DNA of 64,000 nucleotides. Source: Podarcis erhardii. Lineage: Eukaryota. The notes below the pieces were generated by a model. The model had not been told where the DNA came from and ran no database searches. It worked only from the letters and a program-made list of their open reading frames with translations. Position 1 is the stretch's first letter; every line of letters starts with the position of its first letter. Location of the stretch: NCBI GenBank assembly GCA_964252035.1, contig OZ176202.1; one strand, given 5' to 3'. A program made the position numbers and the translations under genes. Positions 36,646 through 49,700 of this stretch are shown here, piece after piece.

Positions 36646-39600
36646 CTTTCTCTAAATTAAATCAGCCATGGAATAGACAGACTTACGAGTGAACACATGA
36701 TAAAATGAGAAACAGACTAGAAACAGACTGATTTGTACATCTTTAGTGCCCATGCCAGGATAACCATTGAGTAAGCAACAGTACACAGCACCGTGCTGGC
36801 TGTATCACTCTCTCCCATCAATTATTGCTGAGCTTCAAAACATAAGAGTGGGAATGCTCCTCTCAATTCTATCACCAGACAGTTTTGCCCTGCTAAATGC
36901 TTCACCAGCTACCATTGGAAATAACCACTCTGAGCACATCAGTGGACAATGTCTTGCACAGTGCATGATAAGTACCCCTTTTGCAAATAGTTTAAACAAT
37001 GGATATGTGGGATTTGCTTTTTAAATACCGGTAGTTTATAGTGAGCATCTAAAAAGTAAAAATAAAAAGATGGATAAATGGCATGACATTTTAGACTCTT
37101 TCCCCAGCCCCCACAAAACAACTAATTCATCAATAGACCCATTAATGTGTGGTCACCATTCATTATTGCTGCAATATTTTAAAATGAACTGCTATGTTTA
37201 CTCTGCAGTCTAAAAACAGATTTTTAATTAGTAAAGTTTCTTTAAACTGAAATTGTAGTAAGTGTATATACATTTAAGGTTAGAACTGAATAGCCCCATA
37301 AAGTGTAAAATGGATTTTAAAAATCTGAAAAGGGTTGTAGCCAGTGAAGGTATCTGCTGGCATCATACTATGTTCAGGCATTGTTCTATCACTTGGCAAA
37401 ATGCAACAGTTCTCAGTATTTAAATTTTATTGGCACTGTTATATCCATATTAGTGAAATGCTTTAGTGCTGAATGAAAGTGGTTTAAAATGGCTGCATCA
37501 TGATATGGTTTTGTAAATGTGAATTTGGCCAATATAGCTACAATAGTCAGAAGGAAATAGTGCAGTTAAAAAGTATAATAAATCATTGCATTTTAATCAC
37601 CACAGTACGTTAGCATAATCTTTTGCAGAAATAATGATTTCACTGCTGCTGCAAGCTTGGGGAAAAATAAGGCAGTTAAGATTCTACAGTGGTGTCTATG
37701 GAGGATTGTGCAAGAATATTAAAAATGTATTAAAACTTACATATAGAACTATGGGTTGTGAGTAATAAAAAATAATCATGTTGGATATAATATCAAACCA
37801 AACAGTAATTCAACACATTTTGCCTCAATAAAAGAGCTTCCTGACTGCAGAATACAGAGTTCATAGACTTATTTCAGATATCACTTAATGGCTGGTAGCT
37901 CAACTATGCACAATGCCTTCTTCTAATGAGCAGTGACACGTGCAAATGTCCCCATGGCACTACTAGCAGGAGAAAGTGCTCACCATGGGGAATCTAAGTT
38001 GTGCTTCTAGCATCTTAATTGCACTGGTATAGTAATTATACATCTTGTTAAAGCACAATTATTCTTGCTCTTCCTTTTCTTTGTTGACAATTTATTTCAG
38101 TGTATACTTTTCAAAAGTGATGATGATAAGATGAATAACACAGCTTCCTGCATCTTTTCTCATCAGTAGATTCCTAGAAAACAAATGTAAAACAATATTC
38201 AGGTTAGACTATTATCGGGAGGCTACATTATAGACAGAGATAAGTTAAAACTAATGAATGGGGCCTGAGGGACACTGCTCCTTTGGGGGTTTTTTAGTGT
38301 GATGAGAGCTAAAGTATGTGTTTCCCTGAGGTGGAAGAGCTTTAACACGTTAGTTTAATATATGACAAGAACAGGATATGTTGTAAAGCTCAAATGGACC
38401 CCCTCCTTCCCAAATGCTCTACAAAATTTCCTTCAAATTCTGATGCTGAGTAGTTTCCAAATGTCAACAAGTCTGTGAATATTTGGCATATGTTTGATCT
38501 TCAGCATCAGTGCATTAAAAGGTTTGCAATACCAGTCAGTATCTGATATATAGCAGTCTGTATTTAACAATAATTTAAAGCTGACATTCCAGAGCAATCC
38601 ACATTTAACTTTTTTCAGCATGAACAGTGCATTCCCTTCTGGGAAATCTTCAAGGATCTGCATGCCAGTGGTTGGTGGGACAAGAAGCAAAAATGTACAG
38701 TAAGCTATACACACCTCTCCAGCTTCCATCCAGACAAGCAGGAGTCATTATCACCATTCAGGGATACATTCCAGTCACACAAAAACACTCCAGGAGGTTG
38801 TGAAGCAAGGGGTGTGGCTGGAAAAGCAGATGACCTGGGGACAATCTCAAGAAATGGAGGGCAGGCTTGGAGGGCTGCATTTGGTCCCCAGTTTGGAGAT
38901 TCCTCACTCTGCCATATAGCATGAACACCTTCCTTTGTTATAGCTGACTACAGTTCGCTTCTCCTTGACTGTCTGAACCTGACAGGGGTTGAGTTATCAA
39001 ATTTTGCTCGTTCCTGTATTAGCATGCCACATGCTTTGAAATCACCCACTCTTAGTCCTTGCTTCTATCAATCTGGAAGGCAAATTTCTTATGGGTAAAG
39101 CTCAAGTGACACTATCAAGTGGCATTAGAACAGGCTCTCATAATTATGGAAGCTACCTATTGCTTCACCATAAATGTTGGATGTCCTCTATTTCAGGTGT
39201 AATGTGGAAGTGGGGTTTAAAGGATCACTAAAGTTCGCTTGAACCGCATGAGGCCAAATTATTCCTGGCTTCCTAACCTATTGTTTAGCATGTAAGGGCA
39301 TCACATCCAAACTAGGCCTATATCCACATACAATCAACATTTGGGCCTTCTTGTTTCATATCAGATCTCAAATTTAATGAATTTTGGCAGAAAGCCTGGT
39401 TACAAAAAGTGTACTATTTTGTTTTATAGTATTACTTTTTAGAATGATCCACATACTTCCTTAAATTTATCAAAGGTAGGCTATACATTTAAGTAAGTAA
39501 GTAGCTGGAGTCTTGCCTTTCATTTAATCAATTCATGTCTGCAAGTGGCTGTAAAGACTCTGAGCCATACTTACGGCAAAGCAGTAGACTGTAATGAAGT

Positions 39601-40689
39601 GCCATCTTTAAATTTAACTAAGGTTGTGCTCTTAAGAGGTTTGCAAGAAAGTAAATTCCAGGAAAATCAAAAGGACTTTACAAGTGAATTTATCTAGGAT
39701 CGTGAAGTCACACATACAGAATTTTGCAAAATGAGTCTGCTCAGCATTCAGCCGGTGGCACTTGCTAGGCTATATAAACACCCTACCAAGCAGCCTCTGA
39801 AGCTGGTTGGCAGAAGTTGGTGATTAACAGAATGTCCTTCACCCAACATGTGTCAGAGTGCCGGCCACCATCTAAACCTCTTTACCTGCCCACACTAAAT
39901 GTCAAATAATCCAAACAGCCCAATTAACAGCCTACCACAAGAAAAGGAGTGTGCAATCTGATAGGTCTACAATCATGAATTCAATCTTCTCAGCATATAA
40001 TAAGAGACTGAGTAGAGTGCAAGAACCCTGATGACAGAGCCATTTTGAGGGCAAAGACCTCTGCAGCAATCCAAGAAATTTCCATCATCAACCCACTTCA
40101 CCATTCATCTGTGCTACTAGACTGGTCATCTAAAGTTAAACAGATCACCTACCTTTGGTAACTATATTTTCACAGGGTGGGTGTAAATGTGCTCTATGAT
40201 TGAGAGTGCTTCCCCCCTCAAATCCTGGGTTGCATACGTGACAAAGATGTAACAGAAACTGATTAACAACTCATTATTGACATTAAAAACTTTTAAAAGG
40301 ATTGAATTAGTAAAGGCTTTATGGCTCAAAATTTGGATATGTCCAAAACTGATTCCAATCACTTTTTATACATTTTAATGATATTTTTTAAAAATAACAT
40401 TCTAAATATTAGCATAAGCTAAATAAAGCCCTCCTGGTGTCAATTGTGAGTTTGATACTTTTCATGGTCTTCAGTTGTTGCTCTCTGTAACTCCCCCCCA
40501 CTCCCCGCCCCCAGTCACGATGATGCCAACATCATTTTGCTTTGTTTGAAGTGTTTCCAGGGTTCCAAATTCTTGCCAGTATTATGTGAATTTCTTGAGG
40601 TTTATCAGGAATCACAAAGGCCATGAGAAAGGTCATTGCTATTATTAACTGCACACTCCAGGAAATTCCAGCAGATGGAATGTGTCATA

Positions 40690-40960
40690 ACCTCAAATGC
40701 TTCTGAAATGCCTGGAGAATGTGGTCCACGGGACACTGGTTTCTGATGTTGGAGCATATGGATAGGAATGATAGTAACACACTGCATTTGAGATTTTCAA
40801 AAAGCTTTTGAAGAAGTCACCTCTCCAAAGGTCGTAACATGGCTCCGGATGCCACATGTTTGGAAACAACAGCCATAGCTGGTCCTGCTTGTATGCTTCC
40901 CATAGACATCTTGTTGGTCACTTTAGGAAACAGGATGTTAGACTAGAGAAATCTTTGATG
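40690..40960 (+). mobile_element. Degenerate CR1 fragments (RT motif and 3' tail)
   Basis: GATTTTCAAAAAGCTTTTGAAGAAGTC = DFQKAFEEV (CR1 LDFxKAFDKV motif). TGGTCACTTTAGGAAACAGGATGTTAGACTAGA tail-like segment, with a similar one at about 44485-44530. Confidence 0.5.
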
Positions 40961-40994
40961 TGGTCTTTGGTAAAAACCACTCCTCAAGAAACCC

Positions 40995-41650
40995 TCCTTG
41001 GATTTAGAAAATCGAAGTAATTATCGGCCAGTATTTACCAATCTCCCCTTCCTGGGCAAGGTTCTTGAGCAGGTGGCTGCAGACCAGATCCAGGTGTTCT
41101 TAGAGGAAACCAATTCTCTAGATCCATTTCAGTTGGGGTTTAGGCCTGGTTTTCTCACAGAAACTGATTTGGTCACCCTGTATTCCTACCTTGTTAATTC
41201 TCCTCAATTTCTCGGCAGCTTTTGATAGCATCAAACATCATATCCTTCTGAAGCAGCTGTTTGAGTTATGGGTGGGTGACGCTGCTTTGTGGTGGTTCTG
41301 ATCCTACTTGGATGGTCATTTCCAGAGGGTGATGCTTGGGGAGTTCTGTTTGGCCCCCTGGAGCCTTTAATGCGGGGCTTCTCAAGGTTCAGTTTTATGC
41401 CCCATGGCATTTAAGATCTACATGAAAACACTGAGTGGGGTCACCTGGAGTTTTGAAGTATGTTGTCTGCAATATGCTGGTGACACATCTCCTTTACATC
41501 TACAGGTGTGGCAGTGCATGTGCTGGACCAATGGCTTGCTTCAGTAATCGACTGGATGAGAGCCAATAAACTGAAGCTCAATCCTAATGAGGCACTGTTA
41601 GTGGGCAGTTCCCGAGGCCAGATGGGTGGGAGGTTGCCTGTTCTTGAGTG
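40995..41650 (+). mobile_element. L2 LINE RT fragment
   Basis: NYRPVFTNLPFLGKVLEQV...LDPFQLGFRPG..TET (ORF 40998-41225), AAFDSIKH remnant, DWMRANKLKLNP (41508-41774 frame). Contains stops and deletions. Confidence 0.88.
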
Positions 41651-43416
41651 CCAATTTAGTGCTGTGCAGAGGGAGTACTTGCAGAGAGAGCTCCCCCTAC
41701 ACCCCGTTGGTTGCAATTTATTTCCATGCGTAAACATGTTAATTTCAAAGTGGTTGCAAAAGGTGATGTCTTAGATTTGGGGTGGTCAGGGAAGAACAGT
41801 GGTGCTCAGTGTTTGGTTTCTTTTTTTTAGCAAACAGAGAATTGCAAAGTTTTAAGGTAAGTGAGGGATGTTTTCTCTTATTGCAACTATAATGGATAAA
41901 AAGAGAATAGTTTAAAGGACTTCTTGTGCACATTGGCAATGTGTTTGTTATCTATAGATTTAATAACATACAAGGCATTTGTGTTTAGTGGTACATGATG
42001 AAGCAATGGAAATGGCCTTTAACTTCTGGATTATGAAGAGATTCCTTAACTGAGCGGTATTGTGTAATGGGGGCAGCCTGGGAGCAAGCTGCCCTAGAGC
42101 CAAATTAGTACATTTAGCTTGCTTTAGAAGTGTTTGCATCTGGTAAAATATACATAGCACAGTATTAAACATGCAGGTAAGTTAATTGTGCACATTCTAA
42201 TTAAGATAATAATCAGAGACATCTCAAAAAAGGTGACAGTATATTATTTACATATTTTAGAGCATGTTGTGATCATGGCAGGGAGACAGCTAAGATGAGT
42301 CAGTTAAGCTTATAGAATTTCCCAGTTAAGATGTCATTCCTTTTACCCCATTACTGTCCTGTGAAGGCTGTTTGGCATGTTTTATGCATAATTGCTTCAA
42401 TCCAGAGGCATTTAAAGTTTCCTTGAAAGCAACGGAGCAAGTTAGTAGCAACTAACTCAAGTCCCATTCATTTCACTAGGACTAAATGCTAGCCACAAAT
42501 TGATTGGGAACTGGATCTCACTGTGTGCTTCCTCTGTCTGTATATGTAATGATAAACATGCACTTAACACCACACCTGGCTTTCTAAAACTTGTTAGCAC
42601 TGTTACAACTAAAGTAAGCCATGACTAAATTTCACTAAAATGTAGGGAACAAGCCCGTTATGAATAACAAGTCTTATTGCTTTCAATGGGACTAATTTTG
42701 GACAGATTCAGAGCTTCTGATCTGACAGCATATGAATATCGCCTTTTGCATCATTGTACTGAAGATGACATAGTACATTTTCATTAATAGCTATGTGTAT
42801 ATATAGTTCAGAACTCATTATACAATCAAAGCTGATGGGAAAAGCATAGGTGCATTTTCATTTGTTTGAATTATTTTATAATACTGCCAGTTTAACATGA
42901 AAAGTTCAAGGACATGCATCCCCAAGGGTGATTGTCTTATGCTTCAGTAATGGAGATTAAATTTGTGGTAGTTAGCTAGCTTTTTTTTTCCTTACAAAGG
43001 AACCAAAATTCATTAAAAACTAATTAAGAATGTATAGGAGGTTAATACTCCATGTTAAGCCTTATTAAAGGGAGATAAGTAATTCATAAAGTATCAAAGG
43101 AGTGCAAATGTACAGACTTAAAGAGAATTATACTATGGAAAACTACCTTTAAGTCACATTAAGCATCTAGCTTACATCCATCAATAGAGTTAAAGTAAAA
43201 TACTTGGCTTTAACTTATTCAACTGCTGATTCTGGATGTTGCAGGTGAGCACTTCCTCATGAAAAGAAAGGAAGAGTGGCAAAAAAGTGATCTTCATCAT
43301 GATTAATTGTCAGCATTCATTAAAAGAAAGAGATATAAATTTTGTAAATATTGTCATGTTGTAAGATGCCATGAGCATTTTTTTAAATATGGAAAGACAG
43401 CATACAAATAAAATGA

Positions 43417-43452
43417 TGAATGAATGAATGAATGAATGAATGAATGAATGAA
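43417..43452. repeat. (TGAA)9 microsatellite
   Basis: Direct reading of the sequence. Confidence 0.95.
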
Positions 43453-44590
43453 AAAGAAAAAACAGCCACTGAGAGAACCTCTATTATTGACCTAATGAAT
43501 GATATTGTCTATGTAAAAACACCACCATTCTCCTTTTTTCTTTTTTAAAACACATAATTGACTTCTGGTATGCTGATCAATAATGACTGCAAGCCTTCAT
43601 CTTTTGATAAATGGGGGTTGTGACATTGATACCAACCAAATACTTGTGAAAGCTTGTAGCCTTCACCAACAAACCATGTTATACCCCTTGCTTTTCAGCA
43701 ACAGGGACTTGGGTTTCTTATGATCAAATAAATAACATGGCTAAATTATTCCTCCTGATTTTTATGAAACATTAAACCTAAAATGAGAAGAAAAACACCC
43801 TCATAAGGCAAAGCCTCATTCATTTTTCATCTGCCTTGAATTCACAAGGAACTGCATTTTTTAATTTTATGCTTTTTAAATGGCTCCTAGGTTAGCGTTT
43901 CGCTGAATGGATCCTTTGTATATTGTTAGTGATTGCCAGCTTTGGCATGGAAGTTATAACTCAAACTAAAATCTGTTTCTTTCCTAGACCTAACGTGAAA
44001 GCTACCATACTAAAACTAATTCCCAAATAGTGGGTCTTAATCCATAAAAAGGTCACATAAGTGCCATTTATGCTAGTCCCCAACATGCTAAAAAGGAGTA
44101 CTGGGATTATTACTTTTGGATCAGCCAGGTACAAAAGAGATACAGCTTAAATTAAAGAACATGGTGTCCCTGAGCACATTTTTAGCTTGGGAATTTGCTT
44201 TTAACACCAGAACTGAACTGTTTTTGAATATTTCCACACAGAAAACTCAGTCCAGGGTCGCTTTTCCCATTTCATCAGCCTGATTTAATTGGAAGAAGTC
44301 ATTTTGTTGTTGCTATCAATAACTGAAAATCATAAATCCATGGCAGAAGGTTACCAATGGCTTCTAGTCATGATAGCTCTATGCTCCCTCTAGGTTTGCA
44401 GATAGTATGTCTCTGAAGAAGAGTTTCTGGAGATCAACAGATACTCTCATGTCGCGCTTGTGGACTTCTTGGGGGCATCTAGTTGGTCACTGTGGGAAAT
44501 AGGATGCTGTGCTAGATAGGTATTTGGTCTGCTCTGTTGGGGCCTGCATGTTTTCAAAGAATCATAGAGGACTATGCAGCTGTCCATTAT

Positions 44591-44731
44591 NNNNNNNNNN
44601 NNNNNNNNNNNNNNNNNNNNNNNNNNNNNNNNNNNNNNNNNNNNNNNNNNNNNNNNNNNNNNNNNNNNNNNNNNNNNNNNNNNNNNNNNNNNNNNNNNNN
44701 NNNNNNNNNNNNNNNNNNNNNNNNNNNNNNN
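44591..44731. other. Assembly gap (141 N)
   Basis: Run of N characters. Confidence 1.
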
Positions 44732-46323
44732 ACTGTTAATGCATTTCACGTATCTCATGTAGTCTGGCCCCCAGTTACAGCCTCCTCTGGTAGGGTTTAA
44801 GTAATACACAGATGACTTTGCACCAAAGTTCAGTTGTGCCAAGAATACACTTACAAGGGTATTGTGAAAATGGCATCAAAATAATCATGCAATCTGTTTA
44901 GATAGTTTGGGGAATCGGAAGAGAAAAAGGTGTATCAATTAAATTAAGAGCAGAATGAAACATCCCCTCTCTTTCTGACTGCACATTCATTCAGATAAAT
45001 TAAAAGGAAACTAAAAATCCTTTCAAAGGTCAGAATTTTACTAGGTGTAGATTGCTTTGGGGCTTCTTTATTTGCATGAATCTCCCCTGCACATTTTAGA
45101 TGGGTTTGTGAGGAGGGAGCAGGTAACGAGTTTGGTGGTGGTGGTGAGGGGAATATTTCCATTCGAAGGAATTAACAGTCATGGGCTTTACTGAAGAAAT
45201 TATTTTAAGGGAGTTATTTGAATCCAGAGAAAGTGAAATGGCTTGACAAGTTAAACACATAAGAAATAACAATGTCTTACATTTTAAAGTGCTTTCTATC
45301 CCAAAGGAGCTCTAAGTGCTTTACAAACTGCAGTGATGGATTATTTCATGCACCACTGAAACTCAGCTACCTTTCTAGTTAGAACACAGTCTCTGTTTAA
45401 CAGAGCACAGCAACATGACACAATCACATTGAAGGAGAATTCTAAATGGTACCTGGATGCCTCTCCTTTTAGACTCTCCTGCAGTTCAACTCTGGGCATG
45501 CAGAAGAACCAGCTATGTGTACGTTACTCAGCCAGAAGCTTTTCTACCTGTTTTGTGAACCATTTGGTGGGGAACAGAAATAACTGGAGTTATACAGTTT
45601 TGATTTTGCTTCTTTATTTGGTCATTTGATAAGAAAAGGTTTGGTCAATTGGCAGGTCAGTATTAGTCAAATATTGATCAGGTATCTTTGAAGCATTAGT
45701 ATAGATAGATTTTTTTATTACTGCTCAGAGCAGCATTCCATTGCTGCTCATCAGTTTTTGTTATTAGAACCAAATTAACTTTAACCACCAATAGGCTTGA
45801 TACTTTTGCTAATGACAGAAGCAAATTAGTTAATAATTGTGAAAACATTGAATTGGTTTTAACTGGTTTCTTAGCACATTTAATATTGTGAATGTAAATG
45901 TGAATGATTCATTGAACAGGTCTTCTCTTTGGCTTCTATCTGAGAGCACCAGAGTCACTGAGCAAGTATGAAAAAAAAGTACCAGTTGGAAGCATTTCTG
46001 CTATATACCTTAGGCAGTAGACTAATTGAGCCCAGCATGGTGGGCAGGATAATGGGACTAAAGGGCACTGGAGGGCCCACAAGGGCTGACTCTGACATCC
46101 ATTTTTTAAAAAATAGTTTTGTTGTTTGCCTTCTCAGTGGTCAGCAGAGAAGCGCTAAGCAATACAACTGCAGCAGCTGCCATCCTTGTTACCCCAGATG
46201 TAATGATATTTATTTAGGCTTCTCTGCTCTGCTCTTGTCTTTTCTGTGTCCCTTAAGTATTTATTTATGCATCTACTTTGTATAGCTCCATAGCAATGAA
46301 GGATTGACCTTTGACTTTGTTTT

Positions 46324-46330
<7 letters not shown>

Positions 46331-46382
<52 letters not shown>

Positions 46383-46394
46383 GTATATATATAT
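46331..46394. repeat. (AT)23 plus degenerate ATGT extension
   Basis: Direct reading of the sequence. Confidence 0.95.
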
Positions 46395-46603
46395 AAACAT
46401 TTGCAGGATGAATCAGATAATGAACCATGAAATAGATAATGCCATTGTCACTCCAATAAACAAAATTTTAAAAAATACAGTATGGTTAAAGTGAAACAAT
46501 GAAAGCTGTAAAGTGTGTGGGGGTGCATTCCATTTGTGAATCACTTCCTATCAAATATCTTGAAATGGTTTCACAATAAAAGCAACAACAATAAAGACAA
46601 TGA

Positions 46604-46740
46604 CATTAGAAAGTTGGAAAGGACCCCGAGTGTCATCTAGTCCAACCCCCTGCAATTCAGGAATCTCAACTAGGTCATACATGACAGATGGCCACCCAGC
46701 TTTTGCTTAAAAACCTCCAAGGAAGGAGAGTTCACCAACA
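46604..46740 (-). mobile_element. CR1 LINE 3' end
   Basis: GTTGGAAAGGACCCCGAGTGTCATCTAGTCCAACCCCCTGCAA tail, continuing into TGCTTAAAAACCTCCAAGGAAGGAGAGTTCACC (CR1 ORF2 end) rather than a tRNA head. Confidence 0.75.
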
Positions 46741-49700
46741 CTCCTAATTTCATATCTATAAAGAATTATAACATTTCAAAAACAGTTCAAAATGCTATCA
46801 TGCAGCACTTCTTCTGGGGGGGGGGGGGATGCAGGGGTACACATACCTCTAGACATTTTGTGAATCTAAGTTTGGCCTCACTGAAGGGCAGTATTTCAAT
46901 ATATGAGTAGGAAAATGAGAGTACCTCTAAACACTTTTTAAGAAGGGGGGGAGCACTGCTATTATGTATAAAAAACAATTAAAAGTAATTCCATAGGTAA
47001 AAATAATTCCAGGTCTAATAGAGACGCAGATTGGTATAAATGTCTCCGCTTGAAAAAACAAAGACTTCAGTAGGGACTGAAGAGACAATACAGAAGGTAC
47101 CTATCTGATATGAACTAGGAAGGAATTTTAGGGGACAGGTGCTACCATGCTCAAGAACCAATTTTCATATCATATGGAATGGACATTTTGCAGGAGGCCC
47201 TATCCTTCAGGTGCAGTGATCAGTTGGGTATATGAGTCTTTAGTAAAAATAATAATTCTGCAAACGCTCTGTGCAGCATATAAAACAAGCATTTTCAGCA
47301 AAATGTTGTAGTGTAATATTTGATACGAGCTGAACACCATATTAGCACATCTGCATAGTTTATAAATGTTTTCAAAAATGCATGATAATATCCATAATGC
47401 ATTAACTATGCTCTTTTGCACTCTAGGCAGAACTATATGTAATTTTAATAAGCATATACTTGATGTGTATAGTTATACTGGTAAAGCTATTCATTATTTA
47501 CTGCTATTAAATAATCAGGCTTTGTTTTACAAGGATGTTCACGATTTTGAGAAGACGTTAGTTAAGAAAAGGGAACATCATGTCAAAATCTCACCTGGAG
47601 TTCTGTGATATTTGATAACTTGCTACCAATTGCATTTTCATGTTTACTTGCACATTTTCCCAAAGGTTAGGGGCAAAATTGTGCATTGTCTGAACATCAT
47701 GCAAGTCCCTTTGGTGTGACTGCTTGAACGGAAGTGCTCATTTGGGTGGGCCAAGCTTTATGCTTAGTTTGCATGCTATTGTCAACTTGCATTGTGACCA
47801 CAATAGATCTGATAAATTGCACATAAAAAAGAAACCTGTATGTTCATTATAAATTAAGGCTCCATAGATGGTGCCCTGGTAAAGTGACTGACTCCTACCA
47901 TCTGCCAAGAAATGGAAAGCAACTGGTCTGTATTCAGAGTTGAACCTGATTGATATCTGGGGACCTCAGGGATGTCTAGGGCCACAAAGTACTGGTGATG
48001 CACCTCCAGGCATACTTCAGATTAAGCTTCTCCACCCCTGCTGAAAAGTAATTGTGGGGTTCCTGGTCTGGACTGGTACTCCATCATCCAGGGAGGGGAG
48101 GTTTGATTCCTCCTTCCTCAGATGTACCCCCCCTCCCACGCACAAAAAACTTCACACACCCCATCCAGATCAGCCTTGTGCTCACACAAAAATGTGTGTC
48201 TGCAGACTACAAATTAAATGCAGTGTGTAGTTTGACCCCGTGTTTATCTCAAGAAGTGTCTGCTGACATGCCCTGTGACAAGTTCAGAAATATGGATGCT
48301 AGAACATTGTTGGGAGAGTTTCTACAGATGTCAAAGAGTATAGGCCTGCACGTTTTGCCATAGGTTGCTACTGGTTCATTGTAACTACCATTACTTTTCT
48401 CCGTCTTCATTGACAAGATTTCACAGTTATTTACACCGGCCGGTTTGAATTGCTGTCTGCTATCATTTATTGATTGCTGCTGCTGACAACCGGTCACAGT
48501 CTGTGGCACAGTAAATAAACACTCTGTTACATTAATAAGATTACAGTTTACGAGCTTGATGAAATTAATCAGCTAAGGGAGATTTGGTGTAAATCCATGG
48601 GAATCAACTTTATTGTGATTTAAGCTGGCTTTTAAATATTAAAAAGTGACACTTTGCCTTCGACTTAGGAGAAATGTACGTCATCACTCTCAGGTTTCAC
48701 AGTGAATGTGCCAAGCGAGTGGTCACAGGCAACCAGCAGTGGCAGTAGTACAGTCTCTTCTTTTTCCTCAAAGGTCCCACCTCTATGACCATTGCAGTCT
48801 GCTGCAGCAGCAACTGTATTGGGTACCTAGCCATCATTATGCATCCTCCAAAACGCTGCAGACTTAATGTTATTATAGAGCATTACAAGAGCAGGGGTGG
48901 GACAGATGGCTGCCACCCACAAAAAACAAAATCCTTGAGGGACAGATTTCCCAGCTCACTGTGCAGCACCCAGGTTCATGTGCTGTCTCTACCAAAGCCT
49001 GGTGAATAGCTGAAATGTGTTGAAGATAAGCAAGTGGTGGGGTGGGTGGGGAGTCAAAGACATGTTTGTGTGTGTGCAAGTAAGGAAGATGTGATAAAAT
49101 TCTACAGCAGCCTTCTCTTTTTCTAGGGGTGGAGAGCTGAGGAAGAAAAACTCAGAAGGTTTCTTTGGGGCAGGGGGAGAGAGGCCTTCTGTTAAATTTT
49201 GGCTTAGCTCTAGGCAAACATTTAGATGTTTATAATTAGGGCAATATTGATTTTTCTTACTCGTGTAGAGAAGGGAGGGAGGGAGAGCTACACTCCGGCA
49301 GGCCATTTCTGTCTTCCTTAAGAATGTCACTCCCATTTCAAAGCTAGCACATTGTCATCTCATTTTAGAAGTGCCAAAACAGCCTGAACATCAGTTCTCT
49401 AATTTCTGTTGTGCAGAGTGACATGTTTGGACAACAGCTCAACAATACTTGAAGGGAAAGGGATCTGGACTTGAGGTGCCAGTGCTAAATTGCAGGAGAC
49501 ATCAGCAAGAACTTTCTATAAACAAACTTATGTGACCTTCACTATCAGCAGTTTGAAAGATCAGTTCATGAAAATACATGATTACGCACCATATATATAT
49601 ATATAAAACTATATTCTCCTGGCCATATACTTTCTCTTACATAAAATACTTCCACAGATTCCTGAAGCATAAGCTATAATCTTGTTATGTAATGACAGTG

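Noticed and set aside
44447-44842. ORFs spanning poly-X
   Set aside because: Artefacts of the 141-N gap.
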